Position numbers and translations under genes: made by a program. From Naegleria gruberi (Eukaryota), in the NCBI GenBank assembly GCA_000004985.1, contig GG738920.1: a stretch of DNA of 64,000 nt; one strand, 5' to 3'. Below are positions 45,912 through 55,994 of this stretch, piece by piece (position 1 is the stretch's first letter; each line of letters begins with the position of its first letter). The notes beneath the pieces were generated by a model. It was given only the letters and a program-made list of their open reading frames with translations. It was not told the origin of the DNA and did no database searches.

Positions 45912-46155
45912 TGTTCTCGAGATAATACTTGATAATGATGATGTTGATGAGGTTGATCACAAAAGTTGTCTTCTATTTAGCTTGTTACTTCCAAGAGTTG
46001 TAACACATCCAAAGGCTTTGAGAATGGCTTTCTACAAAATCGTTCCGAAATTTAATTTTCTTCTCTGACGTTGTGGTTGGGAAGCAGAGGTGTAGTTAAT
46101 TTTTTTAAGATTGAAAAAGAAGTTTATTTTTACAATTCAAATAATTTACAGAATT

Positions 46156-49028
46156 TTAAAGCTCATTGTTTTCCTGTGGGTTGACTTCGTAAACTTCAGA
46201 TTGATTGGATATATTATTTGGTTGGGAAATAATGGGATATTGTACTGGGTTGTCATTATTTGTTACAGTTGAGGAGAGGGGAGGAAATGATGATTCACTC
46301 TCTGTCATTTCAACTGAAGGAGTAATTGGATCTTGCATATTTGTTGATGAATTATCAGTTCGAGTATTCAAGTAATAGCTTGGTATGGAAAAGTAGTCCT
46401 TTGGACAACGTTGGTTGAATTCTTCCTCAGCAACAATCTTTCTCACATTTTCCTTCAAATCGAATACATCAATCACACCATTCAATTGTTCACAAACTAC
46501 AATTGCTTCCAATCCCCATTTAAGGTATTGTCTAATTCTGTGGATGGTATGGTTTGGAACTTCTGAAAGTCCTAGAACAGATAAATCATCTACAGAAGAA
46601 CCAAATAAAGATTCTTGAGAGCCATACAATCCAAAAACTCCAGTCATTAGGGCAGTTGATTGTAAAGTTTCCAATTCTTCGAGCTGAATTTCTACAGCTT
46701 TAACAATGCACGGAAGGACCACTGGACCACTGAAATAGAAAGCATCATTTCTTGTTGCTTCAATGACAGAATAAGATGCTAATATTGAGGTTGGTGTGTT
46801 AATGTTTGGAAGTGTAGAATAATTTTCACTCGTTTTTGAGGAACACATATCATCTCCAACAATGGATAACTTTGATACAATAATACTGATAGTGTCAGCA
46901 ATCATCTGGGAGGTCAAGAGAGAAATATTAGCAGAGAGTGGAGGGATAAAATTTTTGAGTACTTGATTTCCATAATTGAGGAACTCTTTGGAAAGTTTCA
47001 TTCTTTCTAAACATTCATCGAAGGAGATTCCTTTCTGAGTGTTAGAGCAAGATATACTTGCACTTGGATGGGCACGAACCGATTTGCAAGGTATGGTCAG
47101 GTAGTTCTCAACCCAGAATGAAGTTTCATTTTCAATTTCTCTTATTCTTTGTTCATCTTCTTCATGAATGTGAAGGTAAGAGTATTCATAAAGAAGCTCA
47201 TCTGCTTGTGGGGATGGAGGTAATAATCTCTCGTTATTCTTCTTTTGTTTCAAAGTTTTGATTAAAAATTCGGTAGTTGTTGCCGATTCTTTTAAATTTT
47301 GAAGTTTTGAGAGAGTATTAAATTGAGAAACTATTGTAGATGAGTGTAATTCATTCAAGCAGACGAGAAATTCTTGAACTTGGGATGATGTTAACTTGTT
47401 CTTAATCTTTTTCGAGAAGAGTATAACTTGAACATGAGAGAGTAATAGATGAAGTAAATGATCTTCAATATCCAAGTCTTTGATAGTATTCCTATATTCT
47501 TTCCATCCATGTTGTGAGTGAATACTACTAGTGGTTGTATCATGTTTGGCTACTCTTGATTCCAAATACGATGATACCTTAGTTATGTACTTGGATGCTT
47601 CCTCTGGATGTCTATTAGCAACTAGAAGTGAAATGTAGGAAAAACATATTAATACTCGTATTAACGTTTCGTGATCGTGGGATTTAACATGCTTTTTAGC
47701 TTTTAAATGTAAATAGAAAGGTTCCAGATATGACTTTGCCTTATTGAGGAGAAATTCCGAGACTTGAGGGAGGCCTACTCTATCAAATGCTAAAGACTGG
47801 ATACATAGAAAGAGTGAATAGTCAACATGATCGATATCTGAGAGTTTTTGCTCTTTGGATCTTATGGCAATGTGATGAAAATTTGAAGAGTCGTGTCCTA
47901 TAAGATGAGCAAGTTCTGGGGTTGGAGTTGATAAAGAAAGAGGTGTCAAATCTATAGAGAAATCAAGGGATGATGGCAAATTTGTTGAAATGTGAAGAGA
48001 GCTAGGTTTTTTGTGATGATAGTAATGTTGATCGTGATGATTTTTGTGCTGTTCAGTAATATTATTATGATTAGGTTCATGAGTTTCCTCACAAAGACGG
48101 TACAGAATGGAGATGATGTATGTTTTCAAAATATTTTCACTTGTTGGTTCGTCATCCACTGTTCCTAATTCGTTTGTCATAAAGTGGAAAGATACTAATG
48201 AATCATACAAGCATAAATCTCTAACGAGCTCCAATTTCCGTTTTGCAATTGATGAAGGTTGAATTTGTGGTAGAACTTGCTCCACAAACATACTCAAAAT
48301 ATTCTCATAGGTTTCATATTTTGGATCATCAAATGGTGACTTGTCTATTTGTTGTAATAATTCAATCCTTTTGTGTGCAGGTTGATGTTCATCCCGATGT
48401 GGATGTAAAGTTGGAACACCAGAAACAATCACTGGCTCAGCTCCATCTTCCTCCTCACTTTTAGATATTTCCTCATCATGTACATGTTTTACACCATGTT
48501 TTTCCTTCTTGTTCTCCTTTTTGTGACTTTTTTCAGTTTTTTCCACAATGCTATCTCCTTCGTTTGTTGCAGTTGAAGGAGCGTTAGAGAGTGGCACCAA
48601 AGTCTTGGTTGGTGATTTTGCTTTTCTATTACGTTTAGCCTGTGGATAAACACAAACTTTGTCTTTCCTACGACAATTAGAACAAATTGGCAATGCTTTA
48701 TCACACTAGTAGCAGATGTGGTAAATAAAGAAATTAATCCATCCAATAATTAATTTTACAAAGATGATCAAAAAAACAATGATAAAAAGCATAGTAAACA
48801 AACCTTTCTATGTCCCTTTCTACATTCTCTACAGGCAATTGGAGAATAGGTTTGAAGTACTTCCACAAGAGGTTGATCGGAGGAGGTTGAATTTTGAAGA
48901 TCAACATTGTCTGTTGTTGCCCCATGATCAAATAATTCTTCTTCATCACTTTCATCTTCTAAATCTTCATCACTATTCACAATGACTTTGTTTTTCGTCG
49001 ATGATGATGTATTTCCTGTTGCAAACAT
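46156..49028 (-). CDS. Zn2Cys6 (GAL4-type) transcription factor, 2 exons, about 924 aa (Z3)
   Basis: Exon 1 is 48804..49028 (ATG at 49026-49028; ...YSPIACRECRKGHRK). A GTTTGT...CTACTAG intron lies at about 48706..48803. Exon 2 is 46156..48705 (CDKALPICSNCRRKDKVCVYPQ...), which completes C-x2-C-x6-C-x6-C-x2-C-x6-C. The tool ORF 46156..48693 begins on TTG inside exon 2. Confidence 0.65.
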
Positions 49029-49292
49029 TTTTTTTTTGATTTTTAAAATTCCCCAAAAAAGGAACAGAAATTATTTTGAATTAATTGAGACAAGATGCGA
49101 AGAGTCATCTTGAAAAATTGAGATTTAAGCACATGATATTCCAAATATGAAACATGGGTTAGAGTTGATCAAATGGAAGAGCAAAATTTGAGACAGCATA
49201 GTGCACTAAATGAATTCACGTTTTTAGAAAAAAACACAATACCAGAAAGAAAAAAGTAAGCAGATTTGGGGAATTTTTTATGTTGAATGTAA

Positions 49293-49363
49293 TCGGGTGT
49301 GGTATAGTGGTAGCATTCCAGACTGTCACTCTGGCGACCCGGGTTCAATTCCCGGCACTCGAG
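49293..49363 (+). tRNA. tRNA-Asp (anticodon GTC), identical second copy
   Basis: The 71-nt sequence is identical to 13621..13691. The 5' flank shares atgtaa, and a TTTT run follows 7 nt downstream. Confidence 0.85.
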
Positions 49364-49369
49364 ATGAAG

Positions 49370-49373
49370 TTTT
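49370..49373 (+). terminator. Pol III T-run downstream of tRNA-Asp copy 2
   Basis: cgag atgaagtttt: TTTT lies 7 nt after the tRNA 3' end. Confidence 0.35.
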
Positions 49374-49693
49374 GACTTTATCTGATATGTTTGAGTTTTT
49401 ATTTTTCTATCACATGAGAAATGATATATAACCTACCCAACTTTCAATTTTTAAGGGTTCACCTTAAAACCATTTAGAAAATAATCAAAGATTAAACTAT
49501 TTCATTTTCTTAAAAATATTCCAAGATCGAACTAACTGCCTCTGTTAAACGATATGGTGCACCATATGAAGAAGGTCTGAATTGTCTTAAAAGATCTTTG
49601 ATTCAATGAGAAAAGACTGGTAAGAAATCACCTCTGAATAACATAAGAAAAACGTGAAAGGAAGAAGCAGAAAGATACCACAAGTTTTAATTA

Positions 49694-51047
49694 TTAAATT
49701 TTTGGTGGAATATAACCTGATGATTGATAATATTGAACTGGTTCAGGATCATTTTGGAATGGTTGTCTTGATTGTTCTTGTTGGACAAAGTTTGGATTGT
49801 AAGCAATTCCTGGTTGGTTTACGAATCCTATTTGTGGTTGTTGGTACATATTTGGTTGATAGTATGGTTGAGTTTGTTGAATTGGCACGAATTGATTTTG
49901 ACCTGGTTGTTGTCCGTATTGTGGTGGAACCTGTCCTGGTTGTACCATTGGTTGTTGACCGTAAATGTTTGGTTGAACTGGTTGAGTAAACATATTGGCT
50001 GGCATGTCCAATTGTTGCTCCGTAGTGTTAAAAGTCCTCCTGAAAGCATTAGATCCACTTGAACTGAATCCATAACCACTATTGAGATACATAGTTGGAT
50101 CCGTATTGTTATCAGTTTGCCCATCATTGAATGGCTGATATGACAATTGTTTGATGAATGTATAGTCCTGTGCGTCACATCTCTTATTGAACCAAATTGT
50201 ATAAATCCACCCAACGAAAAACAAGCAAAATGTCAAATACCAAAAAGGTGTGGCAATTCTAGGTGTTCTCAGATTTGGATTACAAGTCAGGTATTGACCT
50301 TGGAAGTTTGGAGTACCCCAATTTTCGAAATAATCCATATGTGTATCACGTCCTCTATTTGCAATATAGATGGCAATTCTCTCCTGATCCAAAATCTTTT
50401 TCGATTCGCCATCATTCACAAACACTTGTTGGGTCATGTCTAATTTGATGAAAATCTTGTTGGTATTTTTGAATCTATAGTTCAGTAAAAATTTTTAAAC
50501 TTGATTCAACACTGAAAAGTAAAGAAACATACGAAAATTGAGGTGAAAAATCTCTGTGAAATTCAAAAGGTAAAGTTCTCGATTCAGTGTGAGTCACCAC
50601 TCTCACTGTAGTAGTATGAGTTCTTGTATGTCCGTTGGCATCTCTGGTGGTATGAGTTCTTGTTTCATAGTGAAAACATTCAACAGTAAGCACAATTTCT
50701 GGTTTCTCCTTTTTAGTTTCTTCCACAATTTCCAATACTCTATTATTCATTTGAAAATTAATCAAATAGTGATAAGTAGGAGAAGCATAAATCCCAATAA
50801 TATAGAAAATCAACAAGGTCAACAGGATTGGATAAATAAAAGCTCTTGGAAATATCTTTCCAAACAAATCAGCTCCAGGATAAACAAACAATTCACAAAT
50901 AATTTGAGAGATTACAATGAGCATGCAAATAATACTCAAAATTGCTTGAACAACAATATTTCCAAAGGTTTTTTGAAGTATGAGCCGAGGAGATGACTTT
51001 TTAGTCCCAGAATATCCTTCACCACCACCACTGGATGTTTGTCCCAT
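49694..51047 (-). CDS. hypothetical multi-pass membrane protein with a Gln/Pro/Asn/Tyr-rich (prion-like) C-terminal tail; 2 exons (possibly 3)
   Basis: Tool ORFs 50475..51050 and 49694..50437 join in frame through a 58-nt GTATGT...TATAG intron at about 50475..50532. Exon 1 is 50533..51047 (ATG at 51045-51047, MGQTSSGGG...). Exon 2 is 49694..50474. Three predicted TMs are present (IVVQAILSIICMLIVISQIIC, AFIYPILLTLLIFYIIGIYA, ATPFWYLTFCLFFVGWIYTIWF). A tail of about 120 aa is dominated by QP..Q..Y. A possible extra 5' exon at about 51111..51348 has GTAAGT straight after GGPP and an in-frame acceptor at about 51062; this is less certain. Confidence 0.45.
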
Positions 51048-51451
51048 CAAATTTCTGCTTAACCATCACGTGATGATGATCAACTTTAAATATCAAACAA
51101 AATACTTACGGTGGTCCACCTGCATTATTCCTCAACATATCATACCCATTCACTCTAAAAGTAGGTCCTGTAAAAGCCACCCGAAACATTCTCCAATAAT
51201 AATAAATTTCAAAATTGATGAAGATGATTTTCCCGCGCTTTTCTGAAATCCTGCAATTGAAACAAGCAAATGAATGGTTCACAGAGAATCTGAAAAAATC
51301 AGCGAAGGCTTGTCGCGTTTTTTTTTCGTGTTGCTGGAATTTTTCCATCAATCCTTTGAAGAGATATTGATTGTAAAATATTGTTGAAAAACGCAATGTT
51401 TATCCAATCAAAATTGATTTTTTGGTGGTGGAATGTGTGATCCAAAAGGAT

Positions 51452-53201
51452 TTATCTGAGGGATAATTTCAATTTAAAACCTTCAACTGGAGCAAGGTTT
51501 GGCAAATGTTTGTTGAATTGCATTTCTTGATTTGGATGAGCTAGGTCAATTCTAAACTTTTGGAGAATGGAAATGATGAATGCTTTTTGTTCGAGTTTGG
51601 AAAAGTCGATTCCTGAACAAATTCTTGGTCCATTTCCGAAAGGAACAAAAGAATTTGGAACAATTGACTGCATGAATCTTTCTGGTTTGAATTCTTCTGC
51701 ATCTTGACCCCAGGCATCTCTATTTCTATGAAGTGCATAAATATTGAGAATGAGAAGGAAACCTTTTGGAATCTTGTATCCATCAATGACTTGTGGAGTG
51801 GCCAAACGACGAGGTGGAAGTTGTGGAATTGGTGGATAAATTCTCAAATTTTCCTTAATGACACAATCCAAATATTTCATACTTTGAATCTTTTCATAGT
51901 TTGATAAATCTTCATTACTTCCAAATGTTTCATTAATTTCATTAAGTAATTTTTCTTGAACGTGTGGATGTTTGGCTAGTGAATAAAAGAGGAAAGCTGA
52001 AATAGTTCAATAAGATGATGAACAATAGAAAATTCTATAACAACTTACCTAAAGCCACTGCCGTAGTTTCGTGTCCCGCAAGGAAAAACACAGCGGTGTT
52101 GTTCTTGATATCTTCATTGCTGAGTCCATTCCCTTCTTCATCCACAGAGTCTACCATCATTTTCAAAAGGGTATCTTCCATGGCAGGATCTTTAGATTTT
52201 CTACAATCTTCAATCATTTCACCAATGAACTTGTTAAATTCCTCAATGGACATGTCCATCTTTCTATTTTGTTCTAATGGCAACTTGGTAAAGGCCTTTC
52301 CCAAGAAGAGTCTAGCTGCATTTCCCATATTATTCATCACATAGTGATAGGCTGCAAGGGCTTTCAAATTCTTTTCCGAATCCTTATTTCCACGATTTGG
52401 TATTATTTGATTGAGATAGTCAAAATCAACTCCCAACATGCATAAACCCAAAACATCAAGAGCCATTCTAGTAGTCAAATCAGATGGTGAAATTTCAAAT
52501 TGACTCTTTCCACCAGATAATTCTTTCAATAAATCAACTGCCTTTTGAGAATTTCTCACAAAACAATCAGTAAATCTCTCAATCTTAAAGAAGGCAGGAT
52601 TAATAATTGTTCTATGCTTTCTCCAGACATCTCCATTTGCAAACACAACATTCACACCAAAAAACTTTTGCATATCCTCAGAGAATATCAATGAATCATC
52701 CTTCTCCACATCCTTCCACTTTAAAAAGATTGTTTTTGCAGCAGATGGCGTACTCACCATCATCACTGGAATATTCCCAATAAATCCAAAATGTGGTCTG
52801 AAATTATCAGATCTAATAGCCCTCTCATACGATTGCACCGTTCCATGATTTTGCTTGAACAAATTCACCCACAAACAATAAAAAGTATTAAAATGTTGCA
52901 ATTGATTCACTGGAATTGGCACTGGAGGTTTATAACTCTTCTTTGAATATTGTGGATGCTGTTGATCATGAGGAAGAACATCATCGGAATCATCAGAGGC
53001 TTGTTGCTTGACAATTTTAATCTTTTTCAAGATTGATTTTTCATTGAGGGTGACGAGAAGGTAGGGTATCCCGATTGAAGCTACTGCTATTGAGGAGTAG
53101 ACAGCCCACGGAGGTAAATTTGGTAAATTGTCGAGTTGTAATTGTTCTAACATTTTTTTTTGAATTTTTTTTGCATTTTTAGCTTTTGATGAAATTTTCA
53201 T
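51452..53201 (-). CDS. cytochrome P450 monooxygenase, 2 exons, about 565 aa
   Basis: Exon 1 is 52049..53201 (ATG at 53199-53201). It has a membrane anchor (WAVYSSIAVASIGIPYLLV) and the I-helix motif FLAGHETTAVAL. A 52-nt GTAAGT...TTTCAG intron lies at about 51997..52048, phase 1. Exon 2 is 51452..51996 (AFLFYSLAKHPHVQEKLLNEI..., K-helix ENLRIYPP, PERF, and heme-binding FGNGPRICSG). The stop is TAA. Confidence 0.8.
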
Positions 53202-54114
53202 TAAATTGAAATTTTTGATTGGTTAGCGCTCAATTTCCTATTTGGGAAAAAGTGCAATAGCAGTGCTTTCTTTTGATTTAAATCAGCGTATCATCTAATG
53301 GTTCGTTTGTATCTAAGGAAAATGTGCTAAAGATTTTTAAAAATCTGATTGAAAATTTACCATTTTCTCATTGGACCTTTGTATTCTTTAGTAGGAAAAC
53401 AAGAAAAGTTTGTGGTAGGGATCGAATAAGCAACACGATAAAATTTGTAAATTTGCTCCTAGCCAAATTGGATTATCAATGCATTGATAAATATTCTGTG
53501 AAATAATGGGTCTTGACCATTGTTCGAAAGGGAAACATATTATTTCAATATTCTCATTGATTATGTGTTGGCACTTGATAAAGTTGTGTTTGGATTGTTT
53601 TTCAATTAATATTTCTTCTTACAATAACAATTTTCTATTTCGAAAGAAGAAACTTGAGGCCAAATAAGGCATTCAAAAAGGACAACCATCCATGTAATGA
53701 TGTTACTTATTTTAAATATATGTTTATTGATTATCATCATGTTCAAATGACAACAATCATCCAAACTAATATCATTAACATTACATAAATCTATTCTAAA
53801 CTCATTTCTAGCTCGATTAAAGACATTACTTTACCAAATCCCAATCCTATACAACCCAACTTCTTCACATGTATTATCAAAGTACTTTTTAATACCTCAA
53901 TTGTTTATTGTAAAGTTGAACCAAAGAAAGTTTTTAGGCCTAATTTGGAGTTTGCGATCCTAGTAAGGAAAAACATGATTTTCACACCAAGAAAGAAGTT
54001 TGACAGTGGTGCGAGTTGGGATACTTTCAGTGAGAAGGTGATTGTTAATGTTCCTCTTTAAATTGTTACAAAAAATTCTAACTAAAGCTAACGAAACTGA
54101 TCTCAACAGACGAA

Positions 54115-55962
54115 ATGGAGCTAGAGGATGAAGTTGTGTGTTTGGAAGCTAAGAATCCATTATCGGTCGCGTCTACTAACAAAATGTGGTATGATAAACT
54201 ACAACTGTTTACACACTTTACAGCACTTTCGAATGAAGATTCGGATTTATTTCTTCAAGCAAGTGTTGAACAATTAGGAAGAATTTTAAGAAAATACTAT
54301 CGTATAGGAATGGAATCATCAAATTCCTTTCCATCTACACCTTCAAATCCAGTCGATGGTCCATCAATCATCGAGCATGTCGTAAATCATTTACAATTCA
54401 AAAATAATTGCACTCTTGTACATTTGGCAGCTCGATATAACAATGTATTCGTTCTGAATTGGATGTTAACATGTTGCTGTGATGATAACTGTAAGCATGG
54501 AGAACATTCCTTAGAATGTCATGCCAGACAAGAGAAATTATGGTCGGCATGTGACAAGAATTTGTCAACACCCTTATTTTATGCAATTTCTACATCAAAA
54601 ACAAGCTCAGAACAAGCAAATACTGATTCAGATGAAAATTCAACACATCCTTCCCATGAATCAATTGTATTTTTACTAAGTCAACCAAGTGTTAAAACCA
54701 AACAGTTAAATCATCACACAGACACTCATGGAAACCTTCCAATTGTGGTAGCACTTCGAAGAAGAGACTATTCTCTAGCAGATTTACTAATCCTCTTTGG
54801 TGCAAAACTCAATATTACTGTTGGATTGGGACTCGGCACATCAGAGTCCATTCTTCACAGTGCATGCAGAGAACGAGATATGAAATTGCTGAAATTCATT
54901 GGACCTCGTTGTAATAAGGTCCTGTTGAAGAGGAATCAGAGAGATGAGAATTGCCTCTTTTCATGTTTGAAAGATTTCAGGTCGAATCAATTCCAGTCAA
55001 GTGCTAGAGCACATTCGAGCATTTCAATGCATTCGGATTTTTTAAGAGAATTTCTTAATATGGCAAGTTCATTGTTTGGAAGTGATACATTTGAGAAAGC
55101 ATTGATTTTGAAGAATTCATTTGGTAGAAATATTCTGTTGGAATCAGTTGCTTTGAATGATCACGAATCGATGAAAGTCATTTGTCAATTTTTATCAAAT
55201 TATCAGCAGCAACCAGATCGATTGAATGTCAGTGCTAGTAATTTATTATCAAACTCAGAATCAAGCTCGTCAGATTCTGATTTTTCACCTTCTACTTTGA
55301 CTAGTTCATTTTCTTCACCAATTTCTAGATCTAAATCTGCAAAAAGCTCAAATTCTTTATTGGAAACTATTGTATTCGATACTGACAAGCAAGGAAATAG
55401 TATTCTTCATATTATAGCAGGTGCAGTTATCAAGTCAATTGAAAATCTTGAGGATTTCATGTGGTTGTTCGATGGAATGAAATGGCTAATGATATGGATG
55501 GAAAATAATTTTAAACCTAGTTCAGGATTGGATTCTCCTCTTTCTCCTTTGATGCATTCGAATGCGCCAATTCAGTTATCTGTATTTACAAAAGCACACA
55601 AGAATTCTGAAGGATTGACAGTTTCAGATTTGATTTCTAATGCAAGGAGAAGTGACAAGACAGAATGGGCAGTCTCAGTAGTTTCAGAAAAGATGAAAGA
55701 AACCATTCGAAAGTGGAAAAAGCTCGACAATCATGACATTATCGGTGAAGATCACAATGATGATGCAGCAAGCGATTCAAGTTTGGTAATTGGAAGAAAA
55801 TCCAATGCTAGATTTTCCAAGTCTTTTCCAGCTGGTGCCTTAACCATGCTTTCTTCTAATCATACTGTTCAGATAACAATTAACAAGTCAGAAAATCAAC
55901 AACCAACTAGAAACAAACTTGGATTCTTGGCCAAGTTAAAACTTGGAAGAAAAAAGAAATAA
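54115..55962 (+). CDS. ankyrin-repeat-like protein (paralog B of 578..2101)
   Basis: 615-aa single-exon ORF with a real ATG at 54115 and a TAA stop. It has LVHLAARYNN and GNLPIVVALRRRDYSLADLLILFGAKLN ankyrin-like motifs. It is collinear with the 578..2101 protein and carries extra Ser-rich insertions. Confidence 0.6.
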   Translation: MELEDEVVCLEAKNPLSVASTNKMWYDKLQLFTHFTALSNEDSDLFLQASVEQLGRILRKYYRIGMESSNSFPSTPSNPVDGPSIIEHVVNHLQFKNNCTLVHLAARYNNVFVLNWMLTCCCDDNCKHGEHSLECHARQEKLWSACDKNLSTPLFYAISTSKTSSEQANTDSDENSTHPSHESIVFLLSQPSVKTKQLNHHTDTHGNLPIVVALRRRDYSLADLLILFGAKLNITVGLGLGTSESILHSACRERDMKLLKFIGPRCNKVLLKRNQRDENCLFSCLKDFRSNQFQSSARAHSSISMHSDFLREFLNMASSLFGSDTFEKALILKNSFGRNILLESVALNDHESMKVICQFLSNYQQQPDRLNVSASNLLSNSESSSSDSDFSPSTLTSSFSSPISRSKSAKSSNSLLETIVFDTDKQGNSILHIIAGAVIKSIENLEDFMWLFDGMKWLMIWMENNFKPSSGLDSPLSPLMHSNAPIQLSVFTKAHKNSEGLTVSDLISNARRSDKTEWAVSVVSEKMKETIRKWKKLDNHDIIGEDHNDDAASDSSLVIGRKSNARFSKSFPAGALTMLSSNHTVQITINKSENQQPTRNKLGFLAKLKLGRKKK

Positions 55963-55994
55963 AGTATTAGTGAGATACAAATAATATATAGTAT

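Noticed and set aside
13621-49363. Retroelement insertion next to the tRNA genes
   Set aside because: The flanks of both tRNA-Asp copies are ordinary AT-rich intergenic DNA. No LTRs, target-site duplications or reverse-transcriptase ORFs lie within several kb.
50475-50560. A 21-nt GTATGT...TTTTCAG mini-intron in the membrane-protein gene
   Set aside because: It is too short and in-frame splicing still runs into TAG. The 58-nt GTATGT...TATAG intron is the one that restores a long ORF.
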